Source of the DNA: Obrimoposthia wandeli
Lineage: Eukaryota
DNA: 64,000 nucleotides
Direction: 5' to 3'
Assembly: GCA_977020255.1 (NCBI GenBank)
Contig: CDROCS010000998.1
Location: 124,001-188,000, forward strand
Under the pieces are notes generated by a model. That model had not been told where the DNA came from and did no database searches. It worked only from the letters and a program-made list of their open reading frames with translations. Positions 1 through 10,810 of the stretch are shown piece after piece; the stretch's first letter is position 1; each line of letters opens with the position of its first letter. Position numbers and translations under genes: made by a program.

Positions 1-2
1 CT

Positions 3-227
3 TTGCCCTTCACAAATGATGATGTTGATGTATCTATTGTGACGAAAAACTGTGGCGTAGTTGGATACTTAGAATCTGAAAATATGCAGCATTATGCAAA
101 GTACTGCAATTTCAGTAACTTTCTTATGCTTCGTGAAATGAACATCGGGCTAACACAGCCTATGGAGCCTAAAAATGGCAATTGCGTATTTTGCATGAAG
201 CACAAAGGAAGATACCAAACTCGCTAG
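3..227 (+). CDS. Partial ORF at window edge, unknown product
   Basis: Open frame from the window start to TAG at 227, with a C-terminal GNCVFC Cys pair. No family recognised with confidence. Confidence 0.25.
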   Translation: MPFTNDDVDVSIVTKNCGVVGYLESENMQHYAKYCNFSNFLMLREMNIGLTQPMEPKNGNCVFCMKHKGRYQTR

Positions 228-570
228 ATATTATCGATACAAAGAAATTAAAGAGTACCTTACACACTAATGACATTTAAAAAAATAATCGCCCTCTAAG
301 CCACACTACCAACCGTCTATCTGCACCCAAGGGGTAGGTCTGGGACAAGAACTAATTATTTAAGGGGAATATCGTGAGTTTATTGAGGATTTTGAATGTA
401 CTTATCTAAATTCCAGCTCCTAAATTCAGGGATCCCATCCTGTTTTCATAAAAAGGGTAATGGCGGCTTAAAGCGACCTGCAGTCTATCACGACAACCAT
501 TCGCCTTTATCCATCCCGCTATTGGGTTAACTTTCGGCTTATAATCTTAAAGTAGTAGATATATCGCTTT

Positions 571-882
571 TTAAGCAACGTTTTTCCACTGCAGCTTGAA
601 GACCTTTTGGCCTTTACTTTAACTACTGTCAAACATTCACTGAAACTTTTTTTCGCTTCTTCACCTGTCAAAGCAAGCGTTTTGTGGGCTTCCCAAACAG
701 ATATTATCTTTCGAAGCCATATCCACCACATGATTGGCGTATAAAAACATCGTGGCTTTTACTGATGAAATGTGAAGACATTGTTGACGTGTAATGAATA
801 CAGCGCCGCCGTTGTCTTGAGTGATGAAACCGAAACCTTTCTCTTCGTTAAACCACTTCACGATACCAGTTGTGTTAGACAT
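571..882 (-). pseudogene. Cold-shock protein (CspA family), disrupted by many small insertions
   Basis: N-terminus MSNTTGIVKWFNEEKGFGFITQDNGGA is canonical Csp (RNP-1). Later Csp words (KTLA, KKVS, GQK-GLQAA, NV) occur in order but in shifting frames over about 312 nt instead of about 210. Confidence 0.75.
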
Positions 883-1207
883 GTTTGTCCCTTATTTAAT
901 ATTCAAATGTCGCATATGCGACGTAATAATTTTTGAATTATACACTATTACGCTAAATAAAAGGAAACATATAGGCACATAACGATAACGTTTTTGTAAC
1001 TGTAAGTTTAACTTGTACTTGATGCTGCATGTAATAACTCTCTTAATTGCTGAGCGATATACTAACAGGTATGTCGCTTTTGTACAGCTAAATTTTGTTT
1101 TTTTATTCGATAAACTGTTATAAACAAAATAACCAGTGGCTTAACTGTTCACGTCAATCTAAAAAAGACGCTTCTATACAAAGCCTTACAAAATTACATT
1201 ATGTTCA

Positions 1208-1399
1208 TTACAGAATTTCTTTTACTCGCCCAACATCACCACTTTCTAAACGAACCTTAATACCATGAGGGTGCGTTGCAGATTTAGTCAGTAGATCTTT
1301 CACAATGCCTTTTGTTAGATTGCCTGTGCGTTGATCTTCTTTTAAAACGATTTGTACTTCTAATCCAGCATAAATATCTGAGCGGCTTGTACCATTCAT
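1208..1399 (-). CDS. YwbE/DUF2196 family small protein
   Basis: 63 aa with VQIVLKEDQRTGNLTKGIVKDLLTKSATHPHGIKVRLESGDVGRV, typical of YwbE. Confidence 0.85.
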   Translation of the reverse strand: MNGTSRSDIYAGLEVQIVLKEDQRTGNLTKGIVKDLLTKSATHPHGIKVRLESGDVGRVKEIL

Positions 1400-1500
1400 T
1401 TTGATTGCTACTTAATTAAGAACATTAATATAGCGATTGTATACTCAAGCTACTCGTTTCAGCGAGAATTTATTGCAGAATTACAGAGTCATGATAACAA

Positions 1501-2496
1501 TTAATTGATCACTGTAAAACGGTCAAAAAAGGAGACAGTTTCCATTAGCACTTGGTTGCGTAGTTCATCTTTCTCCATCAATAGTTCATGCCTAGCTTGC
1601 TCTATCACTTTGATCCGGCATTTCTCACTCACGCAATTGAAACGACGCTGCGCTTTATTATCAACTATTGTGTCGTTACCCGCCTGTAATAACAAAACAG
1701 GAGTCTTCAATTTTTCCGCATCACGAATACAATCATTTGCCGCTGTTAAAGCTTGCCACAACCAGCGAGCACTAGGGCCTCCAATGCGCAGCTCAGGGTG
1801 AACCTGATATAAATGTTTCGCCCATACGTAGCGTAATAAGCTTTGGCATTGATCATTCTCTTCGAAAGGCGCTTCATGATATGCCTTCTGTCCAAATAAA
1901 TATGAAGGTTGTTGTTGATATTTATCTGCAAATTTAGTCAACATTTTTGTCATAAATGGTGCGACATAATGTAGGGCAGCAGGCATGCGAATGCCAAACA
2001 TAGGGGCATTTAACACCGCAGCATCAAATATATAGGGATGTTGCTCTAAATATAGCGTCGTTATTGCCCCTCCCATTGAATGCGCCAAAATAAACGCATG
2101 TTTATAATCAGTAGGCTTTACAATGGTATCAACAAATTGATGTAAATCTTCAACATAGTCAGTAAAACTATCAACGTGACCGACTTCAGGATCTGTGACG
2201 ATACGCCCTGAAGCACCCTGCCCGCGGTGATCAAACGCAAATACATCAAAACCCCGACGACTAAATTCATAGAATACTTCTTGGTATTTCCAAAAACTTT
2301 CATTGCGACCATTAACAATAACAACACACTGTGTATTCTTCTTATGGGTAATACTGATCCAACGGATCGGTATATTATTTAGCCCCATAAATGTATTTTG
2401 CTGTCGTTGTTGCCACATTTGATGAATTTCATGTGTCATTAGCGTGGTAAAGCTCGATTCCTTTGTGACGAGTTCTACGGTAGATAATTGGGTCAT
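1501..2496 (-). CDS. pldB: Lysophospholipase L2-like alpha/beta hydrolase
   Basis: VNGRNESFWKYQE, DHRGQGASGR, nucleophile AHSMGG, C-terminal ARHELLME. Confidence 0.85.
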   Translation of the reverse strand: MTQLSTVELVTKESSFTTLMTHEIHQMWQQRQQNTFMGLNNIPIRWISITHKKNTQCVVIVNGRNESFWKYQEVFYEFSRRGFDVFAFDHRGQGASGRIVTDPEVGHVDSFTDYVEDLHQFVDTIVKPTDYKHAFILAHSMGGAITTLYLEQHPYIFDAAVLNAPMFGIRMPAALHYVAPFMTKMLTKFADKYQQQPSYLFGQKAYHEAPFEENDQCQSLLRYVWAKHLYQVHPELRIGGPSARWLWQALTAANDCIRDAEKLKTPVLLLQAGNDTIVDNKAQRRFNCVSEKCRIKVIEQARHELLMEKDELRNQVLMETVSFFDRFTVIN

Positions 2497-3467
2497 TTTA
2501 ATTCCCTATCCGTATATATTTCTATATTGTTTTCAGTTTTACCGTTCACACCAAATTTCCGTCCAATTGTCGCCATAAAATAGCGACCAGATCGGTGTCC
2601 AAGTTGATAATCTTGATCTAACGAATCGCTTGTACTGCCGATTAATTTGGAATGCAGTTCTTTTTCTGGATGAATCTCGTAAATGGTGACGTCTTCCGGT
2701 GGATTATTCAAAAACTCTTGGGTCTGTCGGTAATTTTCTTCATGCTCTAGCAGCAAAGCGATAACTTGAGCCGCCTTGGTTTTACCCAGTGCTTTTTTTA
2801 TAATCGACATCCAACAATGATCAAAGTGTGCGGTAATGGGTACGGTACGAATCACCACAATATGACGGAATCCGCGTTCATAAGCTTCCTGAGCAGGAAT
2901 AGGTGCACCTACACCACCATCAACCCAATATTGCTGCTTATTCAATATCGGTTGACGACGTAATATAGGAATTGCACATGATGCCTTTAAAGCAACGTGC
3001 CAATCGTCATTATCTAGGTCAAAAAACGCCGCGTGATGATTATCGGCATGGCTTGCACTGGCAAGTACTGTGCAAAAGCGCATATTCTCATGACCTTGCT
3101 TCCAATCAAGTGGTAAACGAGTTTGAGTTTGCTCTAATAGCCAATCAAGGTTTAAACCTTCTTTACCAGCCAAGAAACGATAAATATCAAAGAAGTCATG
3201 AGCCGTCGTTGCTTCAGTAATAACATGATATGCATGCTTAGCTTGGCCGCATATGAACGATGCCAAATTTAATGATCCAGCAGATGTACCAACCATTAAG
3301 GAAAACGGGTTAAAGTCAGCCTCTAAAAAGGCATCTAATACGCCTGCAGTAAAAATACCTCGCTGCCCGCCACCTTCAGTAACCAACGCAACTTTCGTAA
3401 CATCAGGGCAGAGAAAAGACAATGATTCATAATTTTTTATCGCACATGAAACATGCTTTCCTGGCAT
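2493..3467 (-). CDS. Patatin-like phospholipase family protein
   Basis: EGGGQRG oxyanion motif, GTSAG (GxSxG), DGG motif; 4-nt overlap with pldB. Confidence 0.85.
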   Translation of the reverse strand: MPGKHVSCAIKNYESLSFLCPDVTKVALVTEGGGQRGIFTAGVLDAFLEADFNPFSLMVGTSAGSLNLASFICGQAKHAYHVITEATTAHDFFDIYRFLAGKEGLNLDWLLEQTQTRLPLDWKQGHENMRFCTVLASASHADNHHAAFFDLDNDDWHVALKASCAIPILRRQPILNKQQYWVDGGVGAPIPAQEAYERGFRHIVVIRTVPITAHFDHCWMSIIKKALGKTKAAQVIALLLEHEENYRQTQEFLNNPPEDVTIYEIHPEKELHSKLIGSTSDSLDQDYQLGHRSGRYFMATIGRKFGVNGKTENNIEIYTDRELK

Positions 3468-3725
3468 CGAATTATCCTCTAAATACGCATTAATGATTAA
3501 TGTGCAGTAAGGATAATCTTATTAACTATGTTTGAATATTTGAAAGTTCCTATCACTTCGTTCAGTAAAACTTAACAATATAATGTAGTGCGATACAGCG
3601 CAAATAGGTCTCTAGCTTAATAGTGAAATAAAAAAAGCAGCCACCAAGGTAACCGCTTCTCTATTACATACTTCACTTCGCTCAATTACAGCATAACCGC
3701 AAAGTAGCCATATGGACTGCTGGGC

Positions 3726-4073
3726 TTATTTTTCTACTGCAATCACAGAAATCTCAACAAGTAACACATCACGAGCCATGCTTGCTTCAACACAAGCACG
3801 AGCAGGTGCATGTCCTTCAGGAACCCAGCTATCCCACACTGCATTCATTTCAGAAAAATCTTTCATATCTTTTATGTATAACGTCGCTGAAAGCATATGT
3901 TCTTTATCACTACCGGCTTGTTCAAGTAATGCTTCAACTTTCTCTAACATTGTTTCTGTTTGTTCTTTAATACCTTGAGTGGCGTCTTTACACACCTGAC
4001 CACATAGGTAAATTGTTCCGTTATGCTTAACAATACGGCTCATACGTGCGCCAGTTTCCAGACGTTCAATCAT
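3726..4073 (-). CDS. RidA/YjgF family protein (YoaB-like)
   Basis: [40 protein letters not shown]. Confidence 0.9.
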   Translation of the reverse strand: MIERLETGARMSRIVKHNGTIYLCGQVCKDATQGIKEQTETMLEKVEALLEQAGSDKEHMLSATLYIKDMKDFSEMNAVWDSWVPEGHAPARACVEASMARDVLLVEISVIAVEK

Positions 4074-4280
4074 TCTTAATTACCTTTTATTAAAAACACT
4101 CGAATACAGAGCATCCAAGGGAATATTGTAACGGGAAAAGTCTCTACTTTCGACCATAGAAAAATGATTTTAAATGACAAATATCAAAGCACTTACTTAT
4201 GTTGTAATTTCCACTTCTATTGTTTTACCTAACGCAGTTTTTACCTCAGATAATAACTCTGTGGGCGCAGCATCAGATGC

Positions 4281-4397
4281 AAGGCTTATCAAAATGGTGA
4301 GCATACGAATACGATGGGGATGATGAAACAACAATTATCAAGCTTACAAAATAAAGAACTCGCGGATATTGCAATCTATTATTCAATAATGGATTAG
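4281..4397 (+). pseudogene. C-terminal remnant of a c553/c554-type cytochrome c
   Basis: Manual translation KAYQNGEHTNTMGMMKQQLSSLQNKELADIAIYYSIMD* resembles the class I cytochrome c C-terminus (axial Met, DIAxYY). No CxxCH or start is found upstream. Confidence 0.45.
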
Positions 4398-4539
4398 CCC
4401 AATTAAAATGGAGCAATAATTCACTTATAACGCATCAAATATAAGTATCATTCACCAGTTAATCATTCACGGCCCGCACATTACAGAGGCGTCATATTAT
4501 TAATTAATATTGTATTTGTTCGCCTTTAAAATCACTCTT

Positions 4540-5013
4540 TTAATTTAATTTTTTAGACATAATACGTGATTGAGTTTCAAAACCAAGTGTATCGTAAAAT
4601 TGTTGCGCGCCATTATTAAAAGCCATCACTTCCAGCCTCACTTCATCAACACACTCACCAATTGCCCATAATTCAACAGCTTCTAACAATTTTTTACCAA
4701 AACCCTGACCTTGATATACATCCGAAACAACAATTGTTCGTACTCTGCATAGTTTTTTCTTCTGAAGAAACGTTACTGTTGTATTTTCAGTAATACTCGC
4801 AAGTACAAACCCGGTAATTTCATCGTTTATTTCAGCAATAATAAATACCGTGTTATCAGCACTAAAATTACTTCGCCAGTAACCTCTATCTCGGTGAACC
4901 CCTTCAGGCTCAGCAAAAACATGGGGCGCGCCATTATAATGCTGGGTATTTATCTGCTGTGCGAGAAAGCAAATGCACTCTAAATCCTTTTCAACCGCTA
5001 TTCGTAAGTTCAT
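4540..5013 (-). CDS. GNAT family N-acetyltransferase
   Basis: VSDVYQGQGFGKKLL acetyl-CoA motif; NNGAQQFYDTLGF. Confidence 0.9.
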   Translation of the reverse strand: MNLRIAVEKDLECICFLAQQINTQHYNGAPHVFAEPEGVHRDRGYWRSNFSADNTVFIIAEINDEITGFVLASITENTTVTFLQKKKLCRVRTIVVSDVYQGQGFGKKLLEAVELWAIGECVDEVRLEVMAFNNGAQQFYDTLGFETQSRIMSKKLN

Positions 5014-5442
5014 AATAGTTCTTTATCGCGTCCATTTTTTACATTCACGTCGTAAACGTCTGCCGCCAGTGTAATGTAATAACATTGCTAAATATGGCAT
5101 CTATAGAAATAATATTTGATTTTTCCGCTTATTATTATGTGACGGATTAATTCTCAGCTCATACACAGATTATAATGTTGGATACTTCTTTTTTAATTTA
5201 GTTCACTCGAATAAGCAGCACTAAGCATATCACGTAATAACATGATAAATAAGTAGAAAGAAATCCTATACTAAAAACAATGACAGCCTTATTTAAGGAA
5301 ACCAACAGGATGCAAAGCCATAACAAATAGCGATAAAATGCTTTATTTTTCAATAACTACACACCTGACCTTCTGAACTAATGAATTCACCACAAACACA
5401 AAAGGTTGAAAGCACTTTCTAAAATATACTTGGGTATAATGC

Positions 5443-7413
5443 TTATTTTTTAATGGGTGGAAATGTTATTCGCTCCCCTTCTGCGGTAAGAATAGAAATA
5501 TCACAGGGTTTACCCGCGGCATCTAGGCGTAGCTCGCCAATCGCACTGCGATTAATTAATCGATGACCACCAGCAACATCAGGATCGCGTTTACTTATTT
5601 TTAAACGCTTACGTTTGGTAAACCAGTTCAATGGCGAATGCGGACTATATAAAGCACGATCCATTGCATCACAGAAACGGAGTAACTGATTAGGAAATTC
5701 ATTCTTAATCCCACTACAGGTTATTTGGTAGATATTGGGGCTACTGCGACGAAAGCGCATTTTTATATCGTAAGCAAACGAGTAATGCACATCACCCGAT
5801 AGAATTACGAAATTGGTTGGCGTCTTAGTATGTGTAAAGATACTCAATAATGTATTAGCCGATCCCGGATGCGTCATCCAGTTCTCAGCATCAATCACTA
5901 AAGGCTGACCAATCCACGTCATTGCTCGCTGTAATGTTTCGATAAACTTCACGCCAAAGATGGGCGCAGCCGATACGATGATCACAGCAGGTTGATGCAA
6001 TAATTCATGCTGCATTTCAATTAACGCTTCCCAGTCCATCAAACCTGATGGCTTATTCATTTTAGATTCTGAGCGCCAACGACGAGTACGTGTATCTAGA
6101 ACAACCATCTTAGGTGTCGTTTCGATGGTGTAATGCCATAGTTCAAATCGATACAAATGATCAATAAAGGCATCTTGATGGTTCACGGTGGGGGCAGCGA
6201 AATATTGCCTCGCGAGCATTAAAAATGAGTCATCAAAATGTTGAGGGGCATTGCCCCAGCCCTGACATAACCAATAGCTTAATAAACCATTACCGATGAT
6301 TCTTCGCGAAAAGGCATTGTCGTTAGCGGCTTTCTCCCACCCCACGGTTAAATTCCAATCATCGGTTACGTCATGATCATCAAAAATCATATAGGTCGGA
6401 ATATGCGCCATTAAGCGCTGAACTTGCGACAAACCTGCAACAAAATCATCAATATTCTGTTTTTCATCTTGCCAGAGCTGTTGCCATTTAGGCGTGAGTA
6501 CTTGCTCACCACTGCGGAAATTATTTTTTTGTAATCGCGAGGAATCGACTAATGCCCACAACTGCGGCGACCAAACCAAGATATACATCGCGAAAAACTC
6601 ACTAAAAGTAATGAGATGGTTTTCACTTTCACTTGAACTAAAAACGGGTGAACCACGATGGGGAACCCAGCTGGTTGATAGTCCTTTCTTGCGCAAGAAT
6701 GTACGAAATAGTGAGGCTTCATCATGGTAGTGCGGCAAGATTTTATCACGCCCATAGAAGTTACAGTCGTGCTGATACAAACTCACACTATCTGCAACGG
6801 GGCTTTGTACAAACGTTTCATCAGGTAAACCAAGTAAGCCAATCACTTGTTGAATCACATCCAACATGGGGCCAGCAACATGATCAGCATAAATCTGATC
6901 ACCACTCATCATTAATAATGACGGGCGCTCAAGCGGCTTTTGTCCAGCCACTTTGTTATCGGCTGCCACTAAACTGTCTTTGCTAGGGTAATGAGGATTT
7001 CGGCATGAGCCATGCAGTACGTAATCTGCTCGGGGATTAATGGTGAACGATAGGCGCTGTTCTTCATTATATAAAAGGCTGGGCACTAAATGGGTGATAT
7101 CGCCATCTTGGGTATCCAATTGATATTCCAATACCGTATCAACTGGAAACTCAGCCTTAAAATGGGCTAATACTACCCAAGCGGATTTACCGATTTGGAT
7201 CTGTGCTTGTTCATCTATCGTCGCATGGTAAAACGCTCGCTCTTCACCTTCATGGAATAATGAAAATGTGGCAGCAAGAGGTTTAGATGTGACTAACCAA
7301 ACGGTAATTTCGGTTGGTGTTACTTTTCGTAAAATAGGGCCAGCAAGCAATAATGGTAAGGCTGCAGCAGAACCAGTAGAGGAAGACGTAACAGTAGACG
7401 AACGATGAGACAT
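5443..7413 (-). CDS. Alkaline phosphatase D (PhoD-like) family metallophosphoesterase
   Basis: HGSCRNPH, GDQIYAD, IFDDHDVTDDW, LDTR, LSGDVHY motifs. Confidence 0.8.
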   Translation of the reverse strand: MSHRSSTVTSSSTGSAAALPLLLAGPILRKVTPTEITVWLVTSKPLAATFSLFHEGEERAFYHATIDEQAQIQIGKSAWVVLAHFKAEFPVDTVLEYQLDTQDGDITHLVPSLLYNEEQRLSFTINPRADYVLHGSCRNPHYPSKDSLVAADNKVAGQKPLERPSLLMMSGDQIYADHVAGPMLDVIQQVIGLLGLPDETFVQSPVADSVSLYQHDCNFYGRDKILPHYHDEASLFRTFLRKKGLSTSWVPHRGSPVFSSSESENHLITFSEFFAMYILVWSPQLWALVDSSRLQKNNFRSGEQVLTPKWQQLWQDEKQNIDDFVAGLSQVQRLMAHIPTYMIFDDHDVTDDWNLTVGWEKAANDNAFSRRIIGNGLLSYWLCQGWGNAPQHFDDSFLMLARQYFAAPTVNHQDAFIDHLYRFELWHYTIETTPKMVVLDTRTRRWRSESKMNKPSGLMDWEALIEMQHELLHQPAVIIVSAAPIFGVKFIETLQRAMTWIGQPLVIDAENWMTHPGSANTLLSIFTHTKTPTNFVILSGDVHYSFAYDIKMRFRRSSPNIYQITCSGIKNEFPNQLLRFCDAMDRALYSPHSPLNWFTKRKRLKISKRDPDVAGGHRLINRSAIGELRLDAAGKPCDISILTAEGERITFPPIKK

Positions 7414-7525
7414 AAACAGAATACAACCCTAACCAGACACTTCACTAGAAACTATCAAGAATCATACTCTGTTTTCAAGTGAAAGTGAGTCACCGTAATG
7501 TAAAGTTATGAATAGATTAGAAAGG

Positions 7526-8410
7526 TCAGGCGTCTTCCGAGAACATTATCTCCATCTGTGAATACATCCAATTCATGACTGGACCATTGCCTTTATCACG
7601 ACGTTTCACCACCCCCATTTCAACCACTAATGAATCGGGGATATGTTTGGTTGATAATTCAACAAGATCGTTGGTATACCACTCTGCACTTGCTACATGT
7701 TCAGGCACTAATGCCCACCCAACACCACGAATCACCAGCGCTGTAATATAGTAATAACTGTCTATATGCCAATATTGGGAAGAAATGGCTTTTGCCTGTG
7801 TATCTCCCATACGATCACGGATCACTAATTGGCGATATTGGTTGAGATCAGCAAATGTCGGCATGGCAATCTTTGATAATGGGTGATTAGCAGAAACAAT
7901 TAATGACTGACGAAACTGCCCTGTCGGGACAAACTCAAGACTGTCAGGTAATTCTTTGAGATAGAACAAGATGCCGAGATCCGCTTTTTTTTCATCGACC
8001 CATTGGGCTATATCGTCTTGAGAGCCATTGATAATGGTTAACTTTAATAATGGAAAACGTTGGGCGATTTCTGCAAAGAAACATTCAAATGCAACAATGG
8101 GTACAGCTTCATCCATCGCAACCGTTAACGACAATTCTTCACCAGAGCTCACAGTCAGTGCACGAGACTGTAATCGCTGACACTGATACAACACCGCTTG
8201 GGCTTCGATAAACATATCTTCGCCTTGCAGCGTTAATACCGGTAATCGTGCTGTTCTATCAAAAAGTTCGAACCCTAAATCAGCTTCTAAATTAGCAATC
8301 GCGGTACTTATTCTCGATTGTGCCTTTCCCAACTTTCGCGCTGCAGCAGAAAATGAGCCTTGCTTAACGGCGGTTACAAACGCTTCAAGTTGATCCAATG
8401 TCCAATTCAT
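7526..8410 (-). CDS. LysR family transcriptional regulator
   Basis: N-terminal HTH GSFSAAARKLGKAQSRISTAIANLE; divergent from the MATE gene. Confidence 0.95.
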   Translation of the reverse strand: MNWTLDQLEAFVTAVKQGSFSAAARKLGKAQSRISTAIANLEADLGFELFDRTARLPVLTLQGEDMFIEAQAVLYQCQRLQSRALTVSSGEELSLTVAMDEAVPIVAFECFFAEIAQRFPLLKLTIINGSQDDIAQWVDEKKADLGILFYLKELPDSLEFVPTGQFRQSLIVSANHPLSKIAMPTFADLNQYRQLVIRDRMGDTQAKAISSQYWHIDSYYYITALVIRGVGWALVPEHVASAEWYTNDLVELSTKHIPDSLVVEMGVVKRRDKGNGPVMNWMYSQMEIMFSEDA

Positions 8411-8496
8411 TCCTCACCCCAAAAGTATCCGAAATTCGGATGGATACTAACTTCCATCAATCTGCATAACAAGCATAATGTGTTTCATCATATTCA

Positions 8497-9879
8497 GTGA
8501 AAGACAATTCTATGCAAGACAATACAATTGCTATCGATTCTAATGAATCCATTGCCCGTACCTTTTGGCGTTATGCTATTCCTTCTATCGCAGCGATGGT
8601 TGTTAATGGTTTATATCAGGTTATCGACGGTATTTTTGTTGGCCATTACGTGGGCTATGAAGGTCTTGCAGGTATTAATATCGCGTGGCCAATTATCGGT
8701 ATTATTGCAGGTTTAGGCATCATGATCGGCATGGGTGCCGGTAGCTTACTCTCAATTTATCGTGGCGAAGGCAACAGTGCTAAAGCACAGCAAACACTGT
8801 CTAGCAGTCTTTGGTTAATTGCGCTATTTGGTACGTTATCCATGCTATTGATTCATTACGTTGGTACGGCATTACTCACAGCACAAGGCGCTGTTGGTAA
8901 TACGCTCAACTTCAGTCTCGATTACATCAATGTATTCACTTGGGGGGCGGGGTTCACTATAGCCGCAGGCGCATTGCCGATGCTTATCCGCAATGATGAC
9001 AGCCCTAACTTTGCTACCGGATTAATGATTCTTGGCGCAGTGATGAACATCATCCTGGATTATCTATTTATTGGACTATTTGATCTCGGTTTAAAAGGGG
9101 CTGCAATCGCGACAGTTATTTCACAATTCACCGTCTTTATTATTGGTGTGGGGTATTTTTTCTCGGCGCGTTCTCAGATGAAAATAAATAAACTAACCTT
9201 CAATTTTGCGATTGCTTCGAAAGCGGTAACACTCGGTGCATCAAGTTTATGTATGTTCTTGTACTTTAGCTTCATTGTCGCATTACACAATAAACTTTTC
9301 ATGGTGTATGGCTCTTCTATACATGTCGGCGCTTTTGCCATTATTGGTTATTTAGGCACCATGTATTATCTAATTGCGGAAGGTATTGCTGGTGGTATGC
9401 AGCCACCAGTAAGTTATTACTTTGGTTCTAAACAAATCGATAAAATTAAAGCAACTGTGATGCTGGCATTAAAAATCATTCTGATTTCTGGTGTTGTTTC
9501 AGTCGCGATCTTAAATATGTACCCTGAAACTGTCATCAGCTTGTTCAGTAAAAGTGACCCATTGCTGCTTGCAGAAACACAAAATGGTTTACGTTTGCAT
9601 TTATTTGCACTGTATCTTGATGGCTTTATTTTCTTAGCTTCGGTGTATTTTATGGCCGTAAATCAAGGTGGAAAAGCGCTCGCCATTTCAATCGGCAATA
9701 TGTTGATCCAACTGCCATTTTTGTATTTTTTACCACAATGGTTAGGCGTAGATGGCATTTGGCTTTCTGTACCAATTTCAAATGTTGTGTTTACTCTAAT
9801 TGTTGCACCTCTTTTATGGCGAGATATTCAACGCAGTAGTCAAAAACACTCAGAATTAATCACTAATATGGCTAGCTAA
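8497..9879 (+). CDS. MATE family efflux transporter
   Basis: About 12 hydrophobic segments; YQVIDGIFVGHYVG and two-fold MATE repeat. Confidence 0.9.
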   Translation: MKDNSMQDNTIAIDSNESIARTFWRYAIPSIAAMVVNGLYQVIDGIFVGHYVGYEGLAGINIAWPIIGIIAGLGIMIGMGAGSLLSIYRGEGNSAKAQQTLSSSLWLIALFGTLSMLLIHYVGTALLTAQGAVGNTLNFSLDYINVFTWGAGFTIAAGALPMLIRNDDSPNFATGLMILGAVMNIILDYLFIGLFDLGLKGAAIATVISQFTVFIIGVGYFFSARSQMKINKLTFNFAIASKAVTLGASSLCMFLYFSFIVALHNKLFMVYGSSIHVGAFAIIGYLGTMYYLIAEGIAGGMQPPVSYYFGSKQIDKIKATVMLALKIILISGVVSVAILNMYPETVISLFSKSDPLLLAETQNGLRLHLFALYLDGFIFLASVYFMAVNQGGKALAISIGNMLIQLPFLYFLPQWLGVDGIWLSVPISNVVFTLIVAPLLWRDIQRSSQKHSELITNMAS

Positions 9880-9923
9880 TACCAACCCTTCACCAAGGCT
9901 ATCTAGTCTCAACGTGGATTACC

Positions 9924-9953
9924 GCTCGCTCACCAATACATTGAGCGAGCTTT
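9924..9953 (+). terminator. Rho-independent terminator after MATE
   Basis: GCTCGCTCA-N9-TGAGCGAGC followed by TTT. Confidence 0.55.
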
Positions 9954-10035
9954 CCCTAATCCAACATTCACTTATTTGAAGTGGTAACACAGCGAACGTG
10001 CTTTATCACTTTCGCTTAATGTAGATGCCACCCTC

Positions 10036-10560
10036 TTACGTAAGTGAACTGATTACCACGGCTAATTGACTGTTCAACACGGAATCATTAAGACAACCCG
10101 CTTCCACATCGAAATTGTCATAAAAACTAGGGATCGACAAACTGCCTTTTAAATCAGCATCAAAATACGGTGCTGATGTTGTTGCAGCAGCTAAAACACG
10201 CCCAGCCCCACCCGGCCCTGGCGATGTAGAAAGCATTACAACAGGTTTACTCTGAAAGACCTTCGGGTTAATACGCGAACACCAATCAAACAAATTTTTA
10301 TAAGCAGCACTGTATGAGCCATTATGTTCAGCAAAAGAAACAATTATCGCTTCACTTTCACCGATTTTGTTTAAAAACGCATGCGCTAACTCAGGGTGAC
10401 CCAATTCTTTTTCTTTATCTTCACTGAATAGCGGCATTTCAAAATCGTTTAAATCGAGAATTTCAACATCTGCATCACTTAGTAGCCCTGCAGCATACGT
10501 TGCTAGCTTTCGGTTAATTGAAGATTGACTGCTACTTGCTCCAAACGCGATTACTTTCAT
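10036..10560 (-). CDS. NADPH-dependent FMN reductase family
   Basis: FGASSSQSSINRKL, AEHNGSYSAAYKNLFDW, STSPGPGG. Confidence 0.9.
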   Translation of the reverse strand: MKVIAFGASSSQSSINRKLATYAAGLLSDADVEILDLNDFEMPLFSEDKEKELGHPELAHAFLNKIGESEAIIVSFAEHNGSYSAAYKNLFDWCSRINPKVFQSKPVVMLSTSPGPGGAGRVLAAATTSAPYFDADLKGSLSIPSFYDNFDVEAGCLNDSVLNSQLAVVISSLT

Positions 10561-10810
10561 GTTGTTATCCTTCCTTTTGATTAACGGCTATTCACTATTC
10601 CTACCAAGCGATATTTACTCGCTGGCTCTCAAACGAATAATATTGCTAGATCATTAAACCTAACCTGCATCGTGAAAATTACAAGTACCATGAAGATAAC
10701 CATACTAATCGGCAATAAAACTAGGCGTGCTGCATATTCCTGAGACTAAAAGATCCATCACTGCATTTATTTGAGCAATTTTGTACAAAAAAAGGTTTTC
10801 CGAGTAAGTT

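Noticed and set aside
3-227. Phage-type PAPS-reductase-like assignment from GNCVFC
   Set aside because: One short motif in a partial ORF next to a possibly mis-assembled region.
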